A stretch of DNA of 59,720 nt from Octopus bimaculoides (taxonomy: Eukaryota). Shown one piece after another: positions 12,465-26,680 of this stretch (positions within the stretch are counted from its first letter, which is position 1; every line of letters starts with the position of its first letter). Both the position numbers and the translations under genes were made by a program. The stretch covers positions 155,833,164 to 155,892,883 of the forward strand of contig NC_068983.1 in the NCBI RefSeq assembly GCF_001194135.2, in the 5' to 3' direction. The notes beneath the pieces were generated by a model. The model made no database searches. It had not been told where the DNA came from and was given only the letters and a program-made list of their open reading frames with translations.

Positions 12465-13777
12465 GTATATATGTTTGTATGTATGTAAGTATATATGCAT
12501 GTCAATGCAGGTCTATTTTTGCATACATGTATATGCGTGCACAAATATACAAATAAATCTGTTTGCATGTACTTATGCATTCGCAATCTTACTTCCGCAA
12601 ATGAACACGTAAATTAACAAATGTATACAAAGACACGTACATACACATGCGCGTATATACACAATGCACAACCATATATACACATACACATATACACCAG
12701 ACACGACGTGCCATGAGGGAGCCTCTGCGTGGTCTCTCGGTCTTTCTGATGCATATTTTAAAAATGGCGATCGTATATCTCTACAAGTATCTGCCTATGC
12801 CTCAATGAATATGCTTGAATTGATAGTATTACAATCATGTTTCACACACACGCGCACACAAGCATGCACACATGCACATCCACACACAAACATATGTACA
12901 TGTGAGTTTATACTGCTATTTGTGCATGTGTTTTCGACAATGTACGTGTATATACCTGTATATTTGTCTGTGTATAGACCAACGTGTCTCTGTACGTTTG
13001 TTTTGTAAACGCTTATTTGTATTTCTGGCGTTTCGCCTTTGCATATTTGTACCATTATTATTTGACTTGAATATTTGTATGCGCGTGCGTGTGTGTATGT
13101 GTGCGCGCGTGTGTGTGTATGAGCATGTATGTATATATGTATGCGTCTTTGTGCGCCTGTGTGTTCGTGTATGTACGTTAATAAACGGATATTTGTCATA
13201 CGATATATTAGTATATGTGCATCTATACTTGTGTGTATTTTAGTCAATGTGCCTGGTATAAGTTGATTGTGATTCACAGGGTAAGGGAGACAGACAGACA
13301 GACAAACAAACAGAGAGAGAGAGAGAGAGAGAGTAGGAGAGAAAGAGAGACAGTGCAGAAGAGAGGGAAAGAAACAAAGAAAGAAGTCAGACATTCGCAG
13401 AGAGTGAAAGTGAGAAAGAAAGGGATGCATGGATGAGAGAGAAAGTGTTCATGTGCAAGTGTTTGGGTATGCATATACACGCGTGTTTATATATAAATTT
13501 ATAACTATCTCTGAGATCTCTGATTCAGTGAGTGGATGTGTGAGGTTGTGCATTTGCATTCATACACGTTTATATGTATAACCATAGTAACGTTATTTAC
13601 CCCCCTATCCCCGCCCATATCTTACCTTGTTCTTGTTTTATTTTTGCTGTTGTTGCTCATTGCAATATCATTATTTTTGCCTATGAGTCATTCAGAAGTT
13701 CAATCTTCAACTTACTTCGAGCTGTATTCCATAGGTGAATATAACTATTTACATTTAGCATGACAACGCCCTTGTTC

Positions 13778-13818
<41 letters not shown>

Positions 13819-14231
13819 GACAGATAGATAGATAGATAGATAGATAGATATAGATATAGATATGTGTGTAAGTGTTTGTGAGTTTGTATGTGTCTGCGTC
13901 TATATGTATATATATATGTATATATATATNNNNNNNNNNNNNNNNNNNNNNNNNNNNNNNNNNNNNNNNNNNNNNNNNNNNNNNNNNNNNNNNNNNNNNN
14001 NNNNNNNNNNNNNNNNNNNNNNNNNNNNNNNNNNNNNNNNNNNNNNNNNNNNNNNNNNNNNNNNNNNNNNNNNNNNNNNNNNNNNNNNNNNNNNNNNNNN
14101 NNNNNNNNNNNNNNNNNNNNNNNNNNNNNNNNNNNNNNNNNNNNNNNNNNNNNNNNNNNNNNNNNNNNNNNNNNNNNNNNNNNNNNNNNNNNNNNNNNNN
14201 NNNNNNNNNTGTGTGTGTGCGTGTGTGTGTG

Positions 14232-14280
<49 letters not shown>

Positions 14281-14862
14281 ACAGAACCTATGCATATGCA
14301 CACACACGAATACAAGAATGCACACTAATTCATATACTTGCACCCATATATGAATAGCGTTGAGGATCGTCAATTTTCTTGTTCGAATTAATAAATATAC
14401 CTACACATACATTCGCGTTTACATTCGTATTTATAGACACTTATTTACTTTCATATTCGTATATACATGTCCCTGTATCCTTATGTTTATGCTTATCAGT
14501 GTGTATGTCTGAATTCCTCACACAAACCTCATCATATAATTTCGAATGTTTCTTATTACTTTCTGTTATGACTAATTTATAACCCAGTATCAGACATTAA
14601 TAACCAAACACACACACACACACACTACACGCAGACACACGCGCGCTCGCATGCACACATAACGGTAGCTAGCTAGCTAGATACTTACGTACTCATATAT
14701 CCAATTAACCTAGGCATAGACAAATACACAGTACACACACACACACACAGATAAGTATACCACCAATATTTCTGTAACTTCAACTACATTTCTCTAGTCA
14801 TCGTTGACCCGTACCACCTACCATAACTTCCTACTGCATTGTAATCGTCATCAAGACTGTCA

Positions 14863-14913
<51 letters not shown>
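14863..14913. repeat. (CGT)n microsatellite
   Basis: Directly visible. Confidence 0.97.
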
Positions 14914-14918
<5 letters not shown>

Positions 14919-15066
14919 TTCACCATCATTAACATCAAAAGACTCATCATTTTCAGCTTATTAGTAATCTTCCCTGCGTGGCTTTCCTTTCTGTATACTT
15001 ATCAATTCGCTTTTCAGTTCTTGTTCCTTTCTTTCTTTCTTTCTTTCTCCTCCCTTTCTCTCTCTC

Positions 15067-15100
<34 letters not shown>

Positions 15101-15140
15101 ATGTATACACGTATGTATGTGTGTGTGTGTNNNNNNNNNN

Positions 15141-15194
<54 letters not shown>

Positions 15195-18100
15195 TAGGTA
15201 TACATCATATGTGATGTTTCTTCCTCTTTAATATACTCACGTGTATATTTGGGTGTAATGTTTAAATATCTTAGAAAGGGCTCCAGTGCAGCACACCAGA
15301 CACTCTAAGAACACATCTCCTGCTATAGCTTAAAATTTAAGTTCTTCAACAAGCGCTTTATCATGATTTTAAATAATCTAATTGTTCAATTACAAAGAAT
15401 ACTTTAAAAGTCGATAATTAGTCAGAAACCTTCAGAGGATATTGTTAAATCTCATTCTTATATACATTTTTGTTTGGCGTTAGTCAGCTATGATCAACAA
15501 ATTTTATGATCGAAATGTATTCCAGTCATGACTTGTGATTCTTGCTCCCTTTCTTTGCACACAATGTATCTATACCATTGTATCTGTACTCTTTTATCCA
15601 ATGTCTTCTTTGCTTAAGACAATAGGGACATTTGACTGTTATTTCGAGTAAACATTTCGACCAATTTGTACAAGTTATAGTATCTTTTGGACAGCATTAC
15701 CGAGTGTGTCTTCTTAATTTTTTAAAGCGGCATTATAGAATTTGACAGAAATTCCAGTTGCTTCGAGTATGTCAAATTATCATTTAGAGTTTTCCATGAT
15801 TTTACACAGAAAGAACTGGCTAAAACCAGGCTAGAGTTGAAAACTCAAGCCCGAAGTACTGCGAAATAGGACCGAGTCCGAAATCACGTAGTTGTAAAGT
15901 GAATTTCATTACGAAACAATGCACAGGCATGTCTGCACCCATCATATCCACGCGTAGAATGTAATAGAGTAGTGTTTCATAAATAACATCAAATGTTGGA
16001 CTGGAATATTATTTTATATCTTTGATACCTTCTGCAAATAATAAAAATTAAATGGTCAAATTGTTTAAAACTATAAATTTAATTATATGTAAAATAAGAC
16101 TAACTACACGACGAAACTTGTTTGTGATCGCTCGATGTACCATACTGTATTTAAAATACTGGAAGACATATTGAATATAATGTGTTTACATACGTAAATG
16201 TAGATGGTAAATAGATTTCCGTTGGTTTCAACAATGAGTGTTGCAGCAGTTCTATCAACAGAACCAGTCACTTATTGAATTATCGTGTAAGTGGTTGAAT
16301 ATTTTACAAACGAGCTTACTCCTAATGCAAATATCAGGCAGAATCAGTGTAACTGGGAAATGGTAGCCTATTTGAATTACAGGTCCAGTCCATTCGAAAG
16401 GTTTCCAAACACTTTCAATTTAAGATACCTTGTGTCAGAAAATAAGACGGGTTGATTTCAATCTTTGGTCTAAGAGTAAGCTGGGGTGTGGTGGGCTAAA
16501 GAATGGAAGAGAATTGAAGGACATGGTGATCTGTATACTATCACAATTATCATAATACTTACAGCGTCCAAACACTTAAATATTGATTAGTCAGTGAACA
16601 ATGTAAGCATTTATCACAAGAGAACTATATATATATATATAACCACTTGAAGAATGACAGTACTTACGAGTGAGTGCTTCATTATAGGGTCACTGCTAAT
16701 TACCAATATCACATGGTAGAAGATTACCACTTGAACATGAGATTCTATCGTCAGTAATGTCTTTATGATCCAAAGTCCGTGGGACTCCCCATTTCAAGTT
16801 CAAAATGGGGCTTTCGGAAAATATTCATCAAGTTCAAATTAGCGTGTTCCGCGTTTTCATAGCTGTTCTTGCAAAGAGCTCAAGTAACTGTTTCTTCACA
16901 CACATATATGCAGTATATACAATTGTGTATGTATATGTGCATCTGTAACCTGGTTAGCATTCATATTTTTTTATGCGGTAACTAATACCCACATTCATAC
17001 AGTACTCTTTCACTAATTCCACACTGATAACTGTGGTCATACTAGAACATCACGGTATGAAAAGAATAACAGTATCACCATTGTTTTGAAACATGTAACG
17101 AAAGTTTCTTGCTTTTATAGTTAATTAGATAAATCAATAGTTTCTCAGAGACTTCATCCTAATAAAGCTAATAGTCAAGTTCACGCTACCATATTTAAAT
17201 GAAGTATGTGTTGGATATACTTATATGATGGAAATACTTATATGAACATATTGGAAATATTTATATAATGAGGAAGTCAAAACTAATTTAGTGACTAATA
17301 TCATTTTAATCATAAAGACAGAACGCCGGGTATACATTGCAGTCGTTAGTTACGATCATTTACGATGTGGATTCAAATCCTGCTGAGAATAACGTTGCTA
17401 TTCTTTTTTCTTTTTTTTTTTTTCAAGATTGCAAAGAAAACAAAAATACTAAATAATGTGTTAGATTGAATCGACTGTATCTTCACTAAAATATGTAGCT
17501 TTATGCAAGTATTAGAAATCAGTAGCTTTTAACTTCACTAAGTTTGGAAACGACAACGGACGTATTTCCGTCTCATTTGAACTCCTTAGCGACGTTAAGA
17601 CATTGCAGACATTCGAGCAAACAACCGAAGTGGATAGAGCAAATAACAAAAGTTTTGGCTGTTTAAATATGAATGCCGATGCAAGTAAGTATAGTGATAT
17701 ATTAGACTTTTGTTTGCATTGGCTAACATTGGCATTTTATTATCAGTTGCTGCCAAAACATTTACAATTGTATTTCTTGTCTGTTTGTCGGTTGCAACAC
17801 TATTTATTGAGTTTTAATTATGTACTGCTACCTAATAAGTTTCCCATTTAGAAAATCTAATGACAAAGACTCAAATATTGGCACGTTGCCTGCAGCTGTG
17901 AGAGGGATGTATTCAATTAAATTTACCCGAGTACTTGAATGGTGTTTACTTTATCAACCTCTAGACAGAGAAAAGAGAATGCTACCACTACCGGGGTTAT
18001 AACATAGAACTTAAAGTGACACAATTAAATACCACAGTTATATTTTGTCCAGCTCCGTCATTTTATCGATTATACCATCCACTGAATTCTCATCTAATTA

Positions 18101-18742
18101 TATATTCTAAGCAATGAAGTGAGTGTCGTCGTTTGCACGAAGAAGACAACAGTTTCACTACTCGACATAAACGTCACACTTGAAACTTTTCCCTCCCTTT
18201 AGAAAAAATGTGGTTGCGTAGCTGTTGCTTGTCAAAGGCAGCTAATGCTGATAACTGTTTCTGACATCAACACAAGACCAGAAATATAAAATAAAGGGTG
18301 TTGCACTGAACGCTTCATCACTAATAAAACTTTTTTTTTTCAACAGTAGTAGCATTTCAATTAATATTGCACAGGAACGAATTTGAAATTGCTCAGCCTT
18401 TTAGTCCAGTGTTCTAATCTAATATTTCAGTTACGTTGCATTGATTTCTAATATCGGTAGAAAGCCAAAACGTGAATCAATTAAATCGATCTCAATATAT
18501 AAGTAATACTTATATCATCGACCTATCCAGACACAAATACACTACGAAAACCATTGGAACATAAATCGTAACTCCAAGAACGAAACTAAATTATTCAATG
18601 TACATAAACCAGAGTCCTACCAATTTTTTATTTTTAACAATTAATCTGGAAAACTATTCAGCTTATCGCAATGTGTGTTCAAGTGGTAAGCGTTTATCAA
18701 GCTTAACTATGGAATGAAATCGAAGACATAATCCAAAACACT

Positions 18743-18945
18743 GGTTTCAAATTTTGGCACAAGACTATCAATTCAGGGGTGGGGTAAGTCGATTACATCC
18801 ATCCCAGTGTTCAACTGACACTTACTTTTTCGACCGCGAACAGATGGAATGTAAATTCAACTGCGACACTATTTGAACTCAGAACGTAAAACCAGGAGAA
18901 ATGCAGCAAAGCAATTTTCCTGGCACGGTAATGATTCTCACTGCC
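18743..18945 (-). mobile_element. Same SINE family as 4744-4951, more diverged
   Basis: aattttggcacaagac..ggggtaagtcgattacatc..cccagtgttcaactgac..atttgaactcagaacgtaa. Confidence 0.75.
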
Positions 18946-19904
18946 TTCTCAATCCCAAAATTAACTTATGTTGATCCTCAAATTTAAGTATCAAGGTGGA
19001 AAAAAGAGGGGTTTGTGTATCTTCTACATTTGAATAATTTTTCAGAGTTATATATTTGGTAAGACTTGATCTGAAAGCATGCGTTGAAAGCAAAATAGAT
19101 TTTGCTTATATTTTTGTTGTTGTTTTTCTTAGCTATCTATCTAGTCGTGGAAGCTATTTACCACTTACATATATAAAGGCCTTGATGTTCACGTTTGAAT
19201 ATGAAGCTATATGTGAGAATAATGAGCAATGTGCAAATTATTCTGCCCACTTTGGCTAGATCCTATCTGATTTAAACCGTGAGTACCTCCAATTTCATTT
19301 CGTAAGCGCCGGGCAAAGAGTGCTTCCCCTCTGAAGAGTCGTTAAATAGATATGAAGAATACTTGAATGATCTTTTTCTTGTGTACGAAAAGAATAACGA
19401 GAGGATTATATGTTTGTTTAAGAGAATAGACGTTGACAATTATAGTTCTCATTGCACAAAGATTATATTTTTTCAATAAACATTATTTGTGCATAAAATA
19501 TTGTAGCATTATAAATTGCAGGCTTGCTAGTAGCAGGTGTAGAATCAGCAGAAATACAAATCAATACGCAAAAGTATACACACACACACAAACACACGTT
19601 TACAGTGTTGGGGAACGCTAAACTAGTGGTCAAACAAGTGAGAATTTAAATTCAAAATTCTTTAGGTAGGACAGGTGGTTTCTTTGTTATATTATGGGTC
19701 TTTATTATATGATGAGAGTACTTAAGCCAAAAGTTATAGTGTACCCGAAACAGCCGTCATGGTAGAGCCACTGCATGACTCACTTGCATCTGTATTCTTT
19801 ATTTCTATTCTGCATTTTGTTATGCATATAAATATGCCCGTTACTACATGTGTTTACATGCCTTTCTAATCGTATATGTAAATATATAAATATCGTGTAT
19901 ATAT

Positions 19905-20116
19905 ACTCTTTTACTCTTTTACTCTTTTACTTGTTTCAGTCATTTGACTGCAGCCGTGCTGGAGCACCGCCTTTAGTCGAGAAAATCGACCCCAGGACTT
20001 ATTCTTTTGTAAGCCTAGTACTTATTCTATCGGTCTCTTTTCCCGAACCGCTAAGTTACGGGGACGTAAACACACCAGCATCGGTTGTCAAGCGATGTTG
20101 TGGGGACAAACACAGA
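19905..20116 (-). mobile_element. 3' half of the microsatellite-containing SINE, with an (AAAAGAGT)n tail
   Basis: (actctttt)3 followed by acttgtttcagtcatttgactgcagccgtgctggagcaccgcc..ggacaaacacag, then a gap and (CA)n. Confidence 0.85.
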
Positions 20117-20274
20117 NNNNNNNNNNNNNNNNNNNNNNNNNNNNNNNNNNNNNNNNNNNNNNNNNNNNNNNNNNNNNNNNNNNNNNNNNNNNNNNNNNNN
20201 NNNNNNNNNNNNNNNNNNNNNNNNNNNNNNNNNNNNNNNNNNNNNNNNNNNNNNNNNNNNNNNNNNNNNNNNNN

Positions 20275-20316
<42 letters not shown>

Positions 20317-21653
20317 AACACATGCATATATATGTATATACATATACACATAATTGAACAAGTGAAGTATTGTACGTCCCACGAGTCGATGTTTACGTTA
20401 AGCTGTATGAAGCTGAATCAAACTGTCTTTAAAAAATATGCCTCTTCGTGTATTCATTCATAAGAATGTGTGCGTGAGCATATAGGTTGTTATTTCCAAA
20501 CACATTTTTGCATATTACGTTTATGTAGGTGCAAATGACCTAGCCGATTTAATTATATTTCAGATTAAAATATATTTGAAAATTTCTCCATAATCAACTG
20601 GATGGCAAGCAAGACATCCTACATATTATTTTTATAAATGGACAAAAATATAAAATCCACTTCACATTACAAGAAACTCTGTTTTGCTAATCGATATTAT
20701 CAATAAGATATTGAGTCAATGTTCAACAAACAAGCAAAGAAGTATACGCTATATGAGTTCGCTTGAAAGGAAAAATGGCGGAAGTGAAAGAGGAAATGTT
20801 AAAGGAAGTGGAAAACGGTAGAGAGATGAGTAAAAGCAGTAAAACTAACTGAAGTTAAACTAACCATAAAAACCACCGAGAATATGTATGCTGCTAATAA
20901 TGTGATTATACTCGTAGGATTTAGTATGTGTTTAAAAATGAAATACACGTATATCAAAAGGGTTATTTTCAGATATAATTCTGGAAATAAAAAAAGAATA
21001 TTTTTAACCCCCTACATAAAAATGCAACCCCCACACAGAGACCGGTATGTAAGGACATATATATATAAATGCATGATGATTCTCATGTATCGACGATGCG
21101 GCTTCAAATATGTGGTCAGTTGCATTTCTGCTTATTGAATTAGTAAGAGGCAGAACATTGCACTGCTACATGTGTTCTGAAAGTAATTTTCAAGTAGAAT
21201 CAACATCATATAGTATGGAGCAAAGCTTGATCATTTCACTTACCGGTACAATGCCTATGTCACGCTTCTCTACAGTTTCCGTAACTTAACATCATACATA
21301 AATTACGAATCGCCTTCAGGCTATAGAAAGTTAACCGGAACGGGAACCTATACAGCTAAAATGCGTCTAGACATACACACATACATACAGACACACATGG
21401 GCTTACTATAGGGAAGAGGGAAGATTCTGTCATGAAACAAATAAAATATATAAACACAGAAGCTAAGAAGTAAAGGACGGCAAACAAAAAGAAAGAGGAA
21501 AAAACGAAGAGAGATCGAGGAAAAGATAAAGTAACAGACAAGGAAAGGTATAATGAGAGGTGGGTTAATAGATACTACAAGTAACAAGCGTCGGTTTTCA
21601 TCTAGGGGTAGCCATATGCTCAGGGAAGTGATAGAAGTGATTAGAAAGCGAAC

Positions 21654-21654
<1 letters not shown>

Positions 21655-21716
<62 letters not shown>

Positions 21717-21757
21717 NNNNNNNNNNGAGAGAGAGAAAGAAAGAGAGAGAGAGACAG
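21655..21757. repeat. (AG)n microsatellite with a small gap
   Basis: Directly visible. Confidence 0.97.
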
Positions 21758-23167
21758 AAACAGTATGTAGCTTGATAGAGAGGTAAAGACCGGACCAAGT
21801 GATGTATGTGTGTGCGCGTGTGTGTGGATATATACATGCGAACATATATTGGTGCACTAGGCTATGTATCTGTAAATTTACACAAAAACCTAGAAGTATT
21901 ACGTTTCTCAAAGAAAGGGGATTTGAAACTGAGACGGATTCTCCAAATCCAATCTATTTGCACTTCAATGGAGGTTTGCAAAACATTCCGAAGCTTCTCC
22001 TTCTGAGATTCTTTAGGCGAATAGATGCACACTTAGGTGGGGGCATCGACTGGTCAGCCAACACACCAACTCAACTACATATTTACAAATGCTGAGAACT
22101 CTTTTAATACAAATCAATCATTCAAACACAAACACACACATCAAACACATACACACACACAAATATAAATGGATTTAGATATAGGTAAATAGATAGATAC
22201 GTACATACATTATATATACATACATTCATGCATACAACCCGACATATATATATATATATATANNNNNNNNNNNNNNNNNNNNNNNNNNNNNNNNNNNNNN
22301 NNNNNNNNNNNNNNNNNNNNNNNNNNNNNNNNNNNNNNNNNNNNNNNNNNNNNNNNNNNNNNNNNNNNNNNNNNNNNNNNNNNNNNNNNNNNNNNNNNNN
22401 NNNNNNNNNNNNNNNNNNNNNNNNNNNNNNNNNNNNNNNNNNNNNNNNNNNNNNNNNNNNNNNNNNNNNNNNNNNNNNNNNNNNNNNNNNNNNNNNNNNN
22501 NNNNNNNNNNNNNNNNNNNNNNNNNNNNNNNNNNNNNNNNNNNNNNNNNNNNNNNNNNNNNNNNNNNNNNNNNNNNNNNNNNNNNNNNNNNNNNNNNNNN
22601 NNNNNNNNNNNNNNNNNNNNNNNNNNNNNNNNNNNNNNNNNNNNNNNNNNNNNNNNNNNNNNNNNNNNNNNNNNNNNNNNNNNNNNNNNNNNNNNNNNNN
22701 NNNNNNNNNNNNNNNNNNNNNNNNNNNNNNNNNNNNNNNNNNNNNNNNNNNNNNNNNNNNNNNNNNNNNNNNNNNNNNNNNNNNNNNNNNNNNNNNNNNN
22801 NNNNNNNNNNNNNNNNNNNNNNNNNNNNNNNNNNNNNNNNNNNNNNNNNNNNNNNNNNNNNNNNNNNNNNNNNNNNNNNNNNNNNNNNNNNNNNNNNNNN
22901 NNNNNNNNNNNNNNNNNNNNNNNNNNNNNNNNNNNNNNNNNNNNNNNNNNNNNNNNNNNNNNNNNNNNNNNNNNNNNNNNNNNNNNNNNNNNNNNNNNNN
23001 NNNNNNNNNNNNNNNNNNNNNNNNNNNNNNNNNNNNNNNNNNNNNNNNNNNNNNNNNNNNNNNNNNNNNNNNNNNNNNNNNNNNNNNNNNNNNNNNNNNN
23101 NNNNNNNNNNNNNNNNNNNNNNNNNNNNNNNNNNNNNNNNNNNNNNNNNNNNNNNNNNNNNATACAT

Positions 23168-23201
<34 letters not shown>

Positions 23202-24666
23202 ATATATATATATACATATACATACATGGTGGTTGTTTACTCCTTGTGCAGAGTAGTTTGCCCCCCTCCTGTACCTACACATTAGAACTATCATGGCATC
23301 TGATGTGGCTTTTTAAACCAGACAATGTTTTGAAAAGACACCCACATACATTATCATACATACATATATACGTACGTATGTATTAATGTGTGTTTACGAG
23401 TGTGTATGTATGTGCGTGTTTATGTGCTTGTAAGGAAAGCTAAACACTTAGACTGTTAGATATATATATACGTATATACATACATATGCATAAATGTATG
23501 CATCAATGTTTACATATATATACTTGTACGCATTCGAATGCAACTCCTTTTCTCTTTGTATTAGAGTGCCTTAGAAATCCTGATTGAACTCATCGATTTA
23601 CACTTTACAAGTTAGAATAAAGAGAGCTTTAATTTCTAGCGGCTGCTAGTTTAGCATTTTAGTTACATTTGATTGGCTTCGCTATAAAAACTCGATGCTG
23701 GTCATTAAACTATAATTACTGACAAACGATCTCATAATTCACCAGGACGAGGTGGACATGATGTAGTCATCACTGACTGAATTACTCATTGATCAGTACA
23801 AACAGTCTACGCCTTGCAAAGCAGTCGAATCATTTCTCTATTTAAATGCATTTGAAATTATATATGCAGAAAGACACACACGCACGCAAACGCACGAGCA
23901 CACGCGCGCGGACAGGCATGCACACAGACACACACACATACACACACATGCGTGTACGTATGTATGTATACACACGACAGTCTTCTTTCAGTTTCCATCT
24001 ACCAAATCTACTGATTTGGTAGATGGAAACTGAACCGGTGCGAGAGTAGGACACACTTCCACACGTTGCCGCTCACATGGTTGCGAAGATAACGTGTTAG
24101 GGAAGAAAGCATATTTACCACACAATCACGCTAGCATCTATACATTAATACAAATACATAGGTACAAACAGACACACGCATACACACACATACATATGCA
24201 TATACATACACACATACACACGCGCGCACGCACGTATATATACGTTTAGGCACAGTACAGTCATATAGCCAGATTCAAAATTACCTTTACACTGAGACAC
24301 CCATAACAAAAGAATATATACACATTCCCTAACAACCAGCATCGCTTATCATGTCACTAACACACAGAATGTACCATGAAACCTTGGTACATACATATGC
24401 ACACAAAGTATATGTTAACTATGTAAGAAACGTACCCACAATCACAGCTCTGAAGAACACCACAAAAACACTCCCCAACTATTATTCTCACATCTTTACC
24501 GCTTATCTCCCTTGTTGCTCTCGCGTGTACAAAATCTCGTTGTTTCTAACATGATTGGAGGTAAACTAAGACGAATAAGCTCTTTTGATCATAACGTTTC
24601 GGATCTTTTCCTATTATATTGGCATTCAGTAGAAGAACCATTTCTACTATTACTTAAACGTTGAGA

Positions 24667-24840
24667 GGCAGTAGGCTGACATATCGGAGAAAACGCATAG
24701 CAGCAGAGTTCAAATTCCGTTTATGCCGACTTTGCGTTTCATCATTTTGGAGACGATACAATAAACACCGGTTGAGCATTACGGTCGATATTATCGATTT
24801 TCTTCCCTTCTAGAAAAATTACTGAACTTGTGCCAAAATA
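24667..24840 (+). mobile_element. Same SINE family as 4744-4951, plus strand
   Basis: gagttcaaattcc..gccgactttgcgtttcatc..gatacaataaacacc..cttgtgccaaaat. Confidence 0.72.
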
Positions 24841-25259
24841 AGGATGAATTGCTTTGAACATTTAACTTAATAATTACACTTGGTTTTCACTTTCGTTTTC
24901 TTCTTGATAGTTTTGCTAATTTTGGTATGGGTGTCGTAAGTGCGCGCGCGCGTGTGTGTTTGTGTGTGCGTGTGTGTATGTTTGTGTGTGTGTGTGTGCG
25001 TGTGTGTGTGTGTGTGTGTGTAAGTGTTAGCGGTATATGTGTGTTTCGAGGGGAGTAACCGTATGTGCACGTAACTATCGTTCTGCATATGTACGTAAAT
25101 ACCCACTAAATAAAAAGGGAATTATTATTCACATGTACGAGCATTGCACGAAGGCATGCAAAGCGAAATATTCGCTCGTCGCAAATAGGAAGAAGAGAGT
25201 GATACATAGCTATATATGAATGTGCATGTGTGTACGTGAACGTCTGTGTGCGTGTGGAA

Positions 25260-25620
25260 GTGTTCAAGCTTGAGGGTATGGATGTGTATATTTATGTATG
25301 TATCCATGTGTGTATGTATGTATGGTGTAGGTGTGTATGTATGTATTCATGAATGTATGTACGCATGTATATATGTGTGTATGCATGTATGTATGTATGC
25401 ATACCTGCCTGCATGCATGTATGCAAGCTTGTATTTATGTATGCATGCATATATGTATGTATGCATGTATGTATATTTCTATGCAAACAGGCACGTATGT
25501 AATTATGCATGCATGCCTATATGTATGCATGCATGTATGTATGTATGCAGTTATGTATGTACGTATGTATGTATCTATGTATGCTTCTCTACGTATGTAT
25601 TTATTTATGTGTTTAATGCA
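25260..25620. repeat. Degenerate (ATGT/ATGC)n tetranucleotide tract
   Basis: Directly visible. Confidence 0.9.
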
Positions 25621-25941
25621 CGTTTGTTATAAAACAGTTGCGCGTGGATTATTCTAAACGTGCATTGGCGTTATTATACACTTTTGCTTTTACAGATCTT
25701 ATACACACATGTTGTTCTCTAATTTTTAATTTTCCATCCAACACAACCCTCTTTACAACCTCTCCTGCCCCAACCCCACTCTCTTATTCTTATCTTTCCT
25801 TCCAGTAGCATGCCTTAACCTAAGTATCTTTCCGTCACCTATTTGTACTTTGCTCATGTATTCTTGCATGTGTATTTATTTTATTTTACTAAATTTTATT
25901 CTTTATTACGTATCAATATCAATAGAAACATACATACCAAT

Positions 25942-25988
<47 letters not shown>

Positions 25989-26680
25989 TGTGAGTGTATA
26001 TGTATGTATATCTGTGTATATATGTATAAATATATATAAATGCAGATTTTATATATGCATATATATATGTATATANNNNNNNNNNNNNNNNNNNNNNNNN
26101 NNNNNNNNNNNNNNNNNNNNNNNNNNNNNNNNNNNNNNNNNNNNNNNNNNNNNNNNNNNNNNNNNNNNNNNNNNNNNNNNNNNNNNNNNNNNNNNNNNNN
26201 NNNNNNNNNNNNNNNNNNNNNNNNNNNNNNNNNNNNNNNNNNNNNNNNNNNNNNNNNNNNNNNNNNNNNNNNNNNNNNNNNNNNNNNNNNNNNNNNNNNN
26301 NNNNNNNNNNNNNNNNNNNNNNNNNNNNNNNNNNNNNNNNNNNNNNNNNNNNNNNNNNNNNNNNNNNNNNNNNNNNNNNNNNNNNNNNNNNNNNNNNNNN
26401 NNNNNNNNNNNNNNNNNNNNNATATATATATACATATATATATTTATATGTATATATGAGTATATATGTATGTATATACATTGAAATATGAGTACACAAT
26501 TGTGTTTAGTTCAATGTAACTTATCATACAAGTATGTACCCGTATGTCGATGTATATATGTGTTTGCTTGTATACATACATATATGAACATGTGACAATG
26601 TCATACGCACGTGCACACCACGCACGAACACACACGCGCGCTGGTACACACACGCAAACAAAAACATATGTAGATAGATA

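Noticed and set aside
21237-21350. Minus-strand exon ending at the perfect donor CCG|gtaagt
   Set aside because: All frames from the plausible acceptors contain stops. A non-coding exon cannot be supported from sequence alone.
22122-23294. Long ORFs in the track spanning N gaps (also 1449-2099, 13.8-14.4 kb, 25.8-26.5 kb, 45.4-45.9 kb, 54.7-55.5 kb)
   Set aside because: They stay open only because Ns translate as X, and their flanks are TA/CA repeats.
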